DNA from: Deltaproteobacteria bacterium
Lineage (GTDB): Bacteria; SAR324; NAC60-12
Assembly: GCA_038133845.1 (NCBI GenBank)
Contig: JAYPUA010000015.1
Span: 2,268 to 66,267 of the forward strand
Direction: 5' to 3'
Length of the DNA: 64,000 nt
Positions 9,683 to 18,358 of the stretch are shown here, in pieces. Position 1 is the stretch's first letter; each line of letters opens with the position of its first letter. Position numbers and translations under genes: made by a program. The notes beneath the pieces were generated by a model, which had not been told where the DNA came from, did no database searches, and saw nothing but the letters and a program-made list of their open reading frames with translations.

Positions 9683-9706
9683 GTGCTTGCTCCTGAAAGT
9701 TGAGAA

Positions 9707-9771
9707 GCCCCCTTCTCCTGAATCAAGGTGCCTTCCCATGGCTCGCTCGAAACTTGAGCGGAGAAGGGGGC
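9707..9771. ncRNA. Conserved structured element, copy 1 (unknown class)
   Basis: 12-bp closing stem GCCCCCTTCTCC/GGAGAAGGGGGC around a core shared with 13214-13280. Confidence 0.5.
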
Positions 9772-9945
9772 AATAGTGGTAAAATAAGAGCTTCCTCGAG
9801 TCGTCACCAACGGGACTGCTGGAGGAAGTTTACGATGCGCGGGCCAAGCGGCATCGAATTCCAGAGAGCGTGTGGAGAGAAAGGTCCTCCGGACCGCTCC
9901 TGTATTTCGAGGGACCTTCCGTGAATCGGAGAGCCCCTGAGAGTC

Positions 9946-10167
9946 TCAGCACCCGCATTTGCGGGTAAAAAAGTTCTTGATCGCGCGTTGTTCATCTTCA
10001 ATCGCGCTGCAGTAGTTCGAGCAGCCAGAGTTGGTGCTGCAAGCTCCGAGGCCGATCAGGAGGACCAGGAGGCCTCCGATCAGGCGAATTCTCCAAGAGA
10101 GCGTTTCCCTGGAGCAGCTGTCTCCTGGGTTCAGTCTCAACATCGTGGAGTGCACCAGGCTCCTCAT
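9946..10167 (-). CDS. Small Cys-rich lipoprotein
   Basis: ATG directly follows the stop of the M24 gene. Hydrophobic stretch with lipobox LGAC; mature 31-aa peptide with 4 further Cys. Confidence 0.55.
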   Translation of the reverse strand: MRSLVHSTMLRLNPGDSCSRETLSWRIRLIGGLLVLLIGLGACSTNSGCSNYCSAIEDEQRAIKNFFTRKCGC

Positions 10168-11319
10168 TCAACAAACCACCAAATCCAGTGGGTGCCGGGA
10201 GAGCCGTTCGCACCCGGACTCCGTCACCACCACCGTGTGTCCCAGGCTCATCGCCTGATGGGCGGCGCTATCCATCAGGATCATGTGGAGGAAGAACACC
10301 ATGTTCGGCTCGGCCACTACCGGGTTGCCGTGATAGAACATGGGCCAATCCATCCAGTTCGGCGCGAAGGTGGTCCCCAGGCTGTAGCCTGTCGCGTTGA
10401 GTCGATGCTCCCGCATTCCGGCGGCATCACACGTTTGGGCGTAGGCATCAAAGACCGCCCCCACAGGGTTCCCCGGGACCAGTGCCGCCTCGCAGGCTTC
10501 CAGCGCTGCCACACAGACCTCGTGCATGAGCCGGTGCCGAGCCGTTGCCCGGCCGACCGGGATCGTGCGCATCATGGCCGCGTGGTAGTGTCGATACACT
10601 CCGGCCCACTCCAGCGTGAGTTGATCCTCCGGGTCCAGTTGGCGTCGTCCGGTGGAGTAACGGCAGAGCAGCGCCTGCGCTCCGGAGCCAATGATGAACT
10701 CGTTTCCCGGATAGTCCCCGCCTCCTCGAAAGATGGTCCCTTGCATCACGGCAAGGAGTTCTCCCTCGTCGGTGCCTGGCTCCAGAATCCGGAAGGCTTC
10801 ATCCAGCGCATCGTCTGCCAGCTCGGCTGCACGCCGGACGTAGCTCAGTTCCGCAGGGCTCTTGACCACCCGCAACTGGCTCACCAGTAGCGAGGCGTCT
10901 TCCAGCACGCAGAAGTTCCGGAGCGCTTGCTCCAGCCGCTTCCCGTTTGCCGCAGTCAGTCCATAGGCGTCGTACTCCACCCCTAGAGATTTTCCGGCAC
11001 ATCCAAACTCGCGGAGGGTCTCCCGGAGTTCTTCCGCAGGGTTTGCCCCAAATCCATCCGTCCAGATTCGAATGTCAGTGATCATGGACGTCTGCTGCGC
11101 CTGTCGCAGGTCCGCAGAGCGTGTCAACAGGAACAGGTCTCCGTTGACTCCCAGATACAGACACTGAAAGAACACATAGCCAAAGGAGTCGTAGCCCGTG
11201 AGATAGAACATGCTCTCCTGACGGAAGATCAAGATCCCGTAAAGGTTCGCCTGTTCCAGGGAGAAACAGACCTGCTCACGTCGTGTTGCCAGTTCTTCCC
11301 GCGAAAAGTGCAGGGGCAT
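10168..11319 (-). CDS. M24 family hydrolase, creatinase/ectoine-hydrolase-like
   Basis: Creatinase N-domain (QESMFYLTGYD), LRVVKSPAEL and pita-bread fold motifs; canonical metal ligands replaced. Confidence 0.85.
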   Translation of the reverse strand: MPLHFSREELATRREQVCFSLEQANLYGILIFRQESMFYLTGYDSFGYVFFQCLYLGVNGDLFLLTRSADLRQAQQTSMITDIRIWTDGFGANPAEELRETLREFGCAGKSLGVEYDAYGLTAANGKRLEQALRNFCVLEDASLLVSQLRVVKSPAELSYVRRAAELADDALDEAFRILEPGTDEGELLAVMQGTIFRGGGDYPGNEFIIGSGAQALLCRYSTGRRQLDPEDQLTLEWAGVYRHYHAAMMRTIPVGRATARHRLMHEVCVAALEACEAALVPGNPVGAVFDAYAQTCDAAGMREHRLNATGYSLGTTFAPNWMDWPMFYHGNPVVAEPNMVFFLHMILMDSAAHQAMSLGHTVVVTESGCERLSRHPLDLVVC

Positions 11320-11687
11320 GACTCCTGTTCAGTTCAGAGTGAAAGCCGAGGCCGCCTTGATGAAGACTCCGGAGCGTTCCGGAGTTCACGGGGCAACCTT
11401 TTGGAACAGGGCGAGACACAATCGAAAGCCGAGGCTTGCGTTTGGTTCTGTACGGACAGATTCGTTGTGCCGCCCCCTGATCCCGAAAGTCACGAGATTC
11501 CGGAGGGCTTGGCTTCCATGCACGGAACAACAGATGTCAAAGAACAAGGCGACAGAGGCGGTCACTTCCTGTGGTGCCTGTGGGCGTCACCAGTGAAGGT
11601 CCGAAGGGGCTCTTCAGGCCTTCGCTGGAGGCGTCCAGCACAACGTCGGGAGCTTAGAGTCGAAGCTCCAAGCTCCCGGCGAATCCT

Positions 11688-11712
11688 TCCAGGCAGGGAG
11701 TCCCTGCCTGGA
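11688..11712 (-). terminator. Strong hairpin downstream of the flagellin at 11723
   Basis: TCCAGGCAGGG/CCCTGCCTGGA 11-bp stem 10 nt after the stop. Further stems at 11648-11677. No clear U-tract. Confidence 0.45.
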
Positions 11713-11722
11713 GAGAGTGTGT

Positions 11723-12613
11723 TTAGCCGTTGATCAGCCGAAGCACATTTTGCGGGTTCATGTTCGCCTGGGCCAACTGAGCCGTTGCCGACTGGGTCAT
11801 GATCTGGTTGCGGGTGAACGTCGCCATCTCCGCAGCCATGTCCGCATCGCGGATGACCGACTCGGAAGCCTGCATGTTCTCCTGAGCAATGCGCAGGCTG
11901 TTCAGGTTGCTCTCCAAGGTGTTCTTCTGGAAGGCACCCAAACGACCTCGGGTGGAGGCCACCTGCTCAATCGCCGCATCCACCAGGTTGATGGTGTCCT
12001 GTGCCCCCAGCGTGGTGGTCACGTCCACGTCCGAGAGCGAGGCAAAACCGCTCCCGTTAGCCACAGCATTCTTGGCTCCGGTGGCCGGATCAACATCGAA
12101 TCCCAACTGGTTGGTTGCCATGTTGGGGACGTCGATGGTCACGGTCTGTCCGGAGTTGGCACCGACCTGAAAGGTCAGGGTCGGGTTGCTTCCGTCCAGG
12201 ATGTTCTTGCGGCCGAACTGGGTATCGCGAGAGATGCGGTCAATGGACTGCAGCGCGTTTTCGATCTCCTGCTGAGAGGCCTCTCGCATCGCCGGATCGT
12301 TGGTTCCTTCGTTGGCAGCGGCAACCGCTTGCTGTCGAACTGAAACCAGAAGTTTGCCCACCTCATCCAGTGCACCTTCTGCGGTCTGGACCATGTTGAC
12401 GGCGGTCTCGTTGTTGCGAGTTGCTTGCTCCAGGCCGTTGACCTGAGCCCGCATGTACTCGGAGATCACCAGAGCGGCAGGTCCATCTGCACCACGATTG
12501 ATCTTCATTCCGGAAGACAGGCGCTCCAGGCTCTTGCCCAAGGCTTCATTGTTGCCCACGAGGTTGCGGTGGGCGTTCATGGCACTGATGTTGTTGTTGA
12601 TTCGAAGAGACAT
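11723..12613 (-). CDS. fliC: Short flagellin (296 aa), close paralog of 8190-9101
   Basis: SLRINNN, SLERLSSGMKINRGADGPA, FQVGAN, RGRLGAFQKNTLESN, ESVIRDADMAAEM. Confidence 0.95.
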   Translation of the reverse strand: MSLRINNNISAMNAHRNLVGNNEALGKSLERLSSGMKINRGADGPAALVISEYMRAQVNGLEQATRNNETAVNMVQTAEGALDEVGKLLVSVRQQAVAAANEGTNDPAMREASQQEIENALQSIDRISRDTQFGRKNILDGSNPTLTFQVGANSGQTVTIDVPNMATNQLGFDVDPATGAKNAVANGSGFASLSDVDVTTTLGAQDTINLVDAAIEQVASTRGRLGAFQKNTLESNLNSLRIAQENMQASESVIRDADMAAEMATFTRNQIMTQSATAQLAQANMNPQNVLRLING

Positions 12614-12809
12614 AGGGACCTTTTTATTGGTAAGGTATTGTCAATTATCCTTCTTGGAAAATAGGCACAATCTCATCCATGTGATGGCCTGTATCAGGGG
12701 TTGCCTTTAGGCAACTGCCGCGGGAATGTTTGGTTCCATCCTCAATTCCTCCCTCCACCGGAAACCGGTGGGCGGTACCGGAGCATTTCCGAAGAAATCC
12801 TCGCGGGAA

Positions 12810-12831
12810 GGACCGCCGTCCATGGCAGTCC
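12810..12831. promoter_or_regulatory. Conserved 22-nt motif ~200 bp upstream of flagellin, copy 2
   Basis: GGACCGCCGTCCATGGCAGTCC; 197 bp from the ATG versus 201 bp for copy 1. Confidence 0.55.
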
Positions 12832-12851
12832 TAAAAAATCAAAACGATCTG

Positions 12852-13190
12852 TCAGCAGCGATCTGTGGAAAGCAGTTGGCGCAGGGCCTGGGCCGCTCGC
12901 TCCATGCGGGCGTTGACCTCTGCACGCTGGCTTTGCCAGTGATCCTGCCTCGGATTGCTCACCGGATCTGCATCGGTCTCCGACGAGGGGGCGTTTGCAC
13001 GAATTCTCCGTTTCCTGCTTACAGGAATTTTTGAATCCGGAACGCCGTGGCGGTCAATCGATTCCAGCGCCATGCGGATGGCTTCCGATTCGCGCTCGGC
13101 AGCACTCGCAGGGGACTGGAGCTTTACAGTCTGTGAGGAATCCGGAGCATCCCACTCTGGGACATCCAAGTAGTCATTCCACATATTCAT
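12852..13190 (-). CDS. Orphan small protein B (~110 aa), paralog of 9371-9682
   Basis: MNMWNDY...AIRMALESIDR...MERAAQALRQLLSTDRC. Start at 13190 or 13184. Confidence 0.7.
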   Translation of the reverse strand: MNMWNDYLDVPEWDAPDSSQTVKLQSPASAAERESEAIRMALESIDRHGVPDSKIPVSRKRRIRANAPSSETDADPVSNPRQDHWQSQRAEVNARMERAAQALRQLLSTDRC

Positions 13191-13213
13191 CTCAGCATTG
13201 GTGAATGCGAAGA

Positions 13214-13280
13214 GCCTCTTCCCTGAGCCGTCTAAGGTACCGTTCCATGGCTCGCTTGGACGAAACTCGAGGGAAGAGGC
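13214..13280. ncRNA. Conserved structured element, copy 2 (unknown class)
   Basis: 10-bp closing stem GCCTCTTCCC/GGGAAGAGGC; core AAGGT.CC.T.CCATGGCTCGCT...CGAAACT.GAG shared with copy 1. Confidence 0.5.
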
Positions 13281-13521
13281 AAATCCTCCTACTCCGTCCA
13301 ATGGAGATCCCGGCACGTACTTTCCGCTCAATGGAAAGTGGGTTGTAAGAGTTCTGTAGCGAACTCCGACCTCATCCACGAGGCCTCGCACCTGGATTGC
13401 TCCACGGCACAGGGTGAGACACGGCTTGATGTCCCTCCCTGTCACGCGGAAGGCTCCGGAGTGCAGGAGGTTCTACAGTCCTCGATTGTTCAAGAGCACA
13501 TGGATCTGCTCCATGGGGCAT

Positions 13522-14154
13522 TCAGTCAAAATCTGCAGGCCATTGCGGATTTCGGTGATGTTCAAACATGCGGGCCAGTTGACCGGACGTCACACGTTCG
13601 ATGGACAACTCCGGCAGTTCCTCTTCCCGGAAGAAGGTCGCCTGCTCGGTCTCCAGGTTGTCCACTGGAGTTCCTCCCAGCAGCCGACAGCGAATGAACA
13701 GCTTGTAGACGCTGTATGGGTGCGGAGGCTCATGCGGATGTCGGGCGCGGTCGTAGACCGCCAGCAGCTTCTCGGCTTGAACCCGGTATCCGGATTCCTC
13801 CCAGACTTCGCGCTCCACGGCCTCGCGCGGGGATTCGTTGGGATCCACCCAACCTCCCGGCAAGGTCCAGCGCCCATCGCTACGTTCCCGGACAAGGAGC
13901 AGCGCCTGGTCCCGAAAGATCACTCCACGAGAGTCAACCTTCGGGGTCTGGTATCCTGTTTCCTTTTGAAAGAGCGCGCGGATCTGCTCCGCAGGAAGAC
14001 CGCTTCCGGCCTCCATCATCTCTGCCGCGATCACACGGATCTGTTCATATCGCTCGCGATCAAATCCGTTCTCGGCATACGTGAGCCCATTTTGCGCCAG
14101 CGCCTGAAGCGCTCGCGCCCAGCGGAGCCACTGGGGGTCTTGTGGGTCTTTCAT
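13522..14154 (-). CDS. NUDIX hydrolase with N-terminal domain (YjhB-like)
   Basis: WARALQALAQNGLTY N-domain, YQTPKVDSRG and Nudix box GGWVDPNESPREAVEREVWEESG. Start at ATG 14154. Confidence 0.9.
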   Translation of the reverse strand: MKDPQDPQWLRWARALQALAQNGLTYAENGFDRERYEQIRVIAAEMMEAGSGLPAEQIRALFQKETGYQTPKVDSRGVIFRDQALLLVRERSDGRWTLPGGWVDPNESPREAVEREVWEESGYRVQAEKLLAVYDRARHPHEPPHPYSVYKLFIRCRLLGGTPVDNLETEQATFFREEELPELSIERVTSGQLARMFEHHRNPQWPADFD

Positions 14155-14260
14155 GACCTGAGCATCCTGCCCCGCCAAACCACAGCGAGACGTTCTTGGA
14201 GATCTCCCCAAAGGTGGGGGAACGTTCCTGAAGATCCGTTCCGGATCGGTAAACAGAGCC

Positions 14261-15265
14261 TCAGGAGTTCTGGACGAATTGCTGATACCGACGACTCCAC
14301 CTCCAGTCGCTCCCCGGATGAAGGTGTACCCCTCCAATCCAGAGGTCGTGAGCATGCAGCTTCAGCCAGTCGGCTTCACCATTCAGCACAGCTTCACCAA
14401 GCGGAGTCAGTTCCGCCTGAAACTCACGAAAGACCGGGTCCCGGACTTCACGAGGCACCGCCTGAAACGGCGCGGGCCCATGAATCCGCAAAAGCGGAGC
14501 ATCCGGGGATTCCAAGTCCAGGACTCGCCGCCAGAAAGACCAGTCGCCCATAAAGCGCACCGGCTCTTGGCGTTGGGTCTCCCGGAAAAGCTCCACAACT
14601 CGAGAGGTTCCGGAGGATACGGCCTCCAAGATTCTCTGCTGTGTGAGCGAGAGCCCGGAGTGTTCCTCTGGGAATTCCTCTGCAAGCCGGGTCAGTCCGG
14701 ACTTCAGGAAAGGCAGTTCCGCAAGATCCTGCTGAATCAACCTTCCCATTGATCCAGGAGTCGAAGCGGTAAACGCTACCCAGGCAGTTTTTCCAAGATC
14801 CTGCTGCTCAGGGCGGAGGTCTGTTCGTGCAGCCCACGCCTCCTGCAGCGTCGAAGGAGAGCCGGAGCCCCCCAGGTAATCCGCGACCAGGACCAGACGG
14901 ACCGGTGCGGGTGATGAGCCGGGCATCTGGGGAGTTCCCCGGATATCCGGCAAGGCATCAAGGATCTGCAACAGGTGGAGCTGGTCAAACAGCTCGTGAC
15001 TGTTCCAGATCACGATCTCTTCAGCCGCCTCCAACGCGGAGGTCAGCCGTTCGTCTCGAGCACGCAGTCGTGCCCGGGCGTTCTCCTCAGAATCCCATCC
15101 GCACACCGCGATGAAGCGGGCACGAGTGTCGATCAATTGTTCCGGAGGGAGCCCTCCGGGGACTGGTCCGTCGTGAAGCACGTCCAGCCAGTTGAGAAAA
15201 CTCCCCGGGACTTCAGTCCTGCGAAGCAGGGCAACCGCTGCATCCCCGTTGACCAGGTGCAGCAT
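14261..15265 (-). CDS. DUF1835-domain protein
   Basis: MLHLVNGD, DVLHDGPVPG, RLAEEFP...GLSLTQQRIL and FMGDWSF. Confidence 0.8.
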   Translation of the reverse strand: MLHLVNGDAAVALLRRTEVPGSFLNWLDVLHDGPVPGGLPPEQLIDTRARFIAVCGWDSEENARARLRARDERLTSALEAAEEIVIWNSHELFDQLHLLQILDALPDIRGTPQMPGSSPAPVRLVLVADYLGGSGSPSTLQEAWAARTDLRPEQQDLGKTAWVAFTASTPGSMGRLIQQDLAELPFLKSGLTRLAEEFPEEHSGLSLTQQRILEAVSSGTSRVVELFRETQRQEPVRFMGDWSFWRRVLDLESPDAPLLRIHGPAPFQAVPREVRDPVFREFQAELTPLGEAVLNGEADWLKLHAHDLWIGGVHLHPGSDWRWSRRYQQFVQNS

Positions 15266-15414
15266 GAGGTGCCTTTTCGCAACACATTCTGTCTTCAGGG
15301 AAGCCGCTCATCCATGAGCGGCAGCGAGCCGATCTTTGAAGAGGGCTGGCCTCTTTCAAGAACGGATCTCGCACTGAAGGAGCCTCTTCCAGACTCCATT
15401 TCGCACTCTCACTG

Positions 15415-16953
15415 TCAGCCAAACAGCTGAGAGTCCATCACTTTCAGGTCTGGTGCAACCTGGACCTCGAAGGGCAGATGCTCCAGAACTTCTCGTGAAT
15501 ACTCCACGCCAGGAGCCACTTCCGTCAGCTCCAGGGCCGGCAGTTTCCTGCCTGTCTCAGGGAGCAGTCGAAAGACCGCTCGCTCCGTGATGTACCACAC
15601 GGGTTGCCCGCATTCACGGGCATACTCTCCACTGAAGGTCACCTGCTCGACCTGAGGAACAAACTTCGGGAGCCCCTCACGGAGGATGCGCAGGCGTCCA
15701 TTCCCAACCTCCAACTCGGCCTTGGCCGAGAAGGTTCCGAGAAAATACAGGGCCTTGGCGTTCTGGCTGATGTTGATGAATCCGCCAGCTCCGGCCATCT
15801 TTGGCCCGAATTTGCTTACGTTGACATTTCCGGAGGCATCCAGTTGGGCCATTCCCAGAAACGCCTGGTCCAGCCCGCCTCCGTCATAGAAGTCGAACTG
15901 GTAGGGCTGATCGACAATGGCATCCGGGTTGTTCACCGCTCCGAAGCTCAGTCCGGATGCAGGGACTCCTCCGATGCCGCCCGGCTCAACCGTCATCGTG
16001 ATCCGGGAGAGTTGGCCTTCTTCAGACGCGACAGAGGCGACGCCTTCCGGCATGCCGATTCCCAAATTCACCACGGCCCCGGCTCGCAGCTCTTGAGCCG
16101 CCCGGCGGGCGATCACCTTGCGCGCGTCCAACTCCATCGTCGGTAGCGAGGAGAGCGGACGTCGAATGTCTCCGCAGTACGCTGGATTGAACGGTTCCGT
16201 CAGCGTCTGCCAGTGCTCTTCCGGAGGAGCCACAACCACCTGGTCCACCAGAATTCCTGGAATCTTGACCATCTGCGGAGGCAGACGGTGCTGCTCCGTG
16301 ACACGCTCGACCTGAACGATCACGGTGCCCCCCGAATTTCGGACGGCCTGAGCAATGGAGAGCGCCTCCAGTGTCAACGCCTCACGCTCCATGGTGATGT
16401 TGCCCGACAAATCCGAGGTCGTCCCTCGGATCAGGGCCACATCAATCGGGAAGGCCTTGTAGAACAGCCACTCCCGCCCTTGCAACTCCACCAGCTCCAC
16501 CAGCTCTTCAGTGGTCCGGTCGTTGAGTTTTCCGCCCTCCAGTCGAGGGTCGACGAAGGTCCTCAGTCCCACGTGGGTCAGGACTCCGGGCTTCTTCCCG
16601 GCAATCGCCCGATACAGGTGCGAGATCACGCCCTGAGGCAGACAATAGGCCTCCAGTTCTCCCGCAAGAGCCATCTCTCCGAGCTTGGGCACCAGGCCCC
16701 AGTGTCCGCCCACAACCCGGTGGACCATTCCGGGATGAGCGAAGTGGTTGACTCCACGTCGGTCCCCATCTCCTTGCCCCGCGGCATAGACCACGCTCAG
16801 GCCTCCCGGACCCCCGGTGCTCAGATATCGCGACTCCAAACCGCTCAGCAGATACTCCGGCGACCCGGTGGCCACAAAGCCTCCGGTGGCGATCGTATCT
16901 CCCGAGCGAATCCGGGCAAGCGCGACTTCAAGGGGCACCACCTTGGGTGACAT
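15415..16953 (-). CDS. Acyl-CoA:acetate/propionate CoA-transferase (YdiF/Pct family)
   Basis: [52 protein letters not shown] and ITERAVF. Confidence 0.9.
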   Translation of the reverse strand: MSPKVVPLEVALARIRSGDTIATGGFVATGSPEYLLSGLESRYLSTGGPGGLSVVYAAGQGDGDRRGVNHFAHPGMVHRVVGGHWGLVPKLGEMALAGELEAYCLPQGVISHLYRAIAGKKPGVLTHVGLRTFVDPRLEGGKLNDRTTEELVELVELQGREWLFYKAFPIDVALIRGTTSDLSGNITMEREALTLEALSIAQAVRNSGGTVIVQVERVTEQHRLPPQMVKIPGILVDQVVVAPPEEHWQTLTEPFNPAYCGDIRRPLSSLPTMELDARKVIARRAAQELRAGAVVNLGIGMPEGVASVASEEGQLSRITMTVEPGGIGGVPASGLSFGAVNNPDAIVDQPYQFDFYDGGGLDQAFLGMAQLDASGNVNVSKFGPKMAGAGGFINISQNAKALYFLGTFSAKAELEVGNGRLRILREGLPKFVPQVEQVTFSGEYARECGQPVWYITERAVFRLLPETGRKLPALELTEVAPGVEYSREVLEHLPFEVQVAPDLKVMDSQLFG

Positions 16954-17033
16954 GTCCCTCTCCTTGTTTTCAACACTCCTCCAGGCGGGCAGGAGAAGTT
17001 GCGAGTTTGAGGCACGCCCCGCTCGTCAGTCCG

Positions 17034-17687
17034 TTATGGACTCGCGGGCGGCCTCTGTGAGAGCTTTCGTGCTCTTGCGGTCTCTCCGTGGAGTTTCCAC
17101 AGATACCAGCACCCGACGGTCCGCCAGGGACGCCAAGCCTCTGTTTTTGCCGAAGCTTCGTCCTGCCACTTCTCTTCAGGAAGTGCGTAGAGGCTCCGTA
17201 ACGCAGCCTTGATCGCAGCATCTCCCAGCGGGAGGACGTCCGGGCGGTTCAGCGCAAAGATCAAATACATCTCTGCGGTCCAGCGCCCGATGCCCTTGAT
17301 GCAGCAGAGCGTGTGGATCAGCGCTTCATCTTCCAAGGCCTCCAGCTTTTCAGCGCTCAGGCCTCCGGATGTGAAGGCTTCCGCCAGCGCTTGAACGTAG
17401 CCGATCTTGGCCCGCGAGAAGCCGATCTCCCGAAACCTCGGGACTTCCCACTCCAAGACAGCCTCCGGAGTAGGCAAGCCGTCTGTAAACTGCTGGCGGA
17501 AGCGCGCTCGCAGCACCTGGGCCACCTGATTCGAGAGCTGTTGCCCCAGAATCGACTCGGCCAGCGTGACAAATCCGCCCTCCTGCGGCTGCAACGAACA
17601 CGGTCCGTGACGCTCAACAACCGCGCGCAACCTGGAGTCTGCACCACACAGATGCTCCTCTGCAGCTCGCCAGTCGGTGTCGCTCAA
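17034..17687 (-). CDS. alkA: DNA-3-methyladenine glycosylase II (HhH-GPD)
   Basis: SILGQQLS, IKGIGRWTAEMYLIFALNRPDVLPLGD and WRPWRTVGCWYLW. Confidence 0.88.
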   Translation of the reverse strand: MSDTDWRAAEEHLCGADSRLRAVVERHGPCSLQPQEGGFVTLAESILGQQLSNQVAQVLRARFRQQFTDGLPTPEAVLEWEVPRFREIGFSRAKIGYVQALAEAFTSGGLSAEKLEALEDEALIHTLCCIKGIGRWTAEMYLIFALNRPDVLPLGDAAIKAALRSLYALPEEKWQDEASAKTEAWRPWRTVGCWYLWKLHGETARARKLSQRPPASP

Positions 17688-18287
17688 TCAGCGCCCCCAC
17701 TTCCAGTTGAACTCCAGACCGAAGCTGTTGGTCTGCTTCAAGCCGGACTTCTCAAAACTTCCCAGCTTCAGGGCATACTCCCGGTTGTGGACAAAGAGCC
17801 GGACCACTCCAAGCTGCAGCGCTCCTCCGCGGACCGTGGTGTCCATATAGCCGTCAAAACGGTTTTCTGTCGGAGAGCCCGGATCAGTCACCACCACCTC
17901 GTAGAGTTGGGTGTGCCGCTTTCCGGCATAGAGGCTGACAAACTGCCCCGCACCCAAAGCCAAGTCGAGCCCGCTGTTCAGCCCGGATCCGGTCAAAGTG
18001 TCCGAGTTCTCGTCCTCCAGGCGAAGCATGCCGCCGTATAATCGGACGGAGACCGGGAAATCGCTCCCGCGCCGTCCACCGCCTAGCTGAGTTTCCAGCC
18101 CCAGGTGTGCTTCATGAAACTCGACGCGTTCGGTGTTGCTGTAGCTCGGGTTGATCGAACTCAGCGGCAGCGGCTTGGTCTCATGGGCCGGCGACTGTTC
18201 ATAGTTCAGGAACAGGCTTTTCTGCGAGCATCCTGCCAGCAACAAGGCTCCTCCAAGGAGCACAGAAAGGATTCTGATGTTCTTCAT
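17688..18287 (-). CDS. Hypothetical lipoprotein, possibly beta-rich outer-membrane type
   Basis: GGAGG RBS, lipobox LLAGC, alternating beta-strand pattern ending GLEFNWKW. Confidence 0.7.
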   Translation of the reverse strand: MKNIRILSVLLGGALLLAGCSQKSLFLNYEQSPAHETKPLPLSSINPSYSNTERVEFHEAHLGLETQLGGGRRGSDFPVSVRLYGGMLRLEDENSDTLTGSGLNSGLDLALGAGQFVSLYAGKRHTQLYEVVVTDPGSPTENRFDGYMDTTVRGGALQLGVVRLFVHNREYALKLGSFEKSGLKQTNSFGLEFNWKWGR

Positions 18288-18358
18288 GGAGAGCACCTCC
18301 ATCGCTTTTCAGAATGTGTTGATCTCACACGGTTCGGAGTTCCGGACTGTGTGGGCAT

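Noticed and set aside
9944-9954. TPP riboswitch-like GGGTGCTGAGA on the minus strand
   Set aside because: It lies in the last codons of the lipoprotein ORF, and the downstream GAACCTG...TAAT core is absent.
11320-11720. Short ORFs between the M24 hydrolase and the flagellin
   Set aside because: Overlapping ORFs on both strands with no protein-like signature or RBS; the region is better explained by hairpins and a promoter.
13214-13280. Hammerhead ribozyme, c-di-GMP-I or Moco riboswitch identity for the conserved element
   Set aside because: CTGA and GAAA are present but the CUGANGA core is not. The GGCAAAC/GCAAAG and GCCTCC...GGAAAG signatures are missing. Left unclassified.
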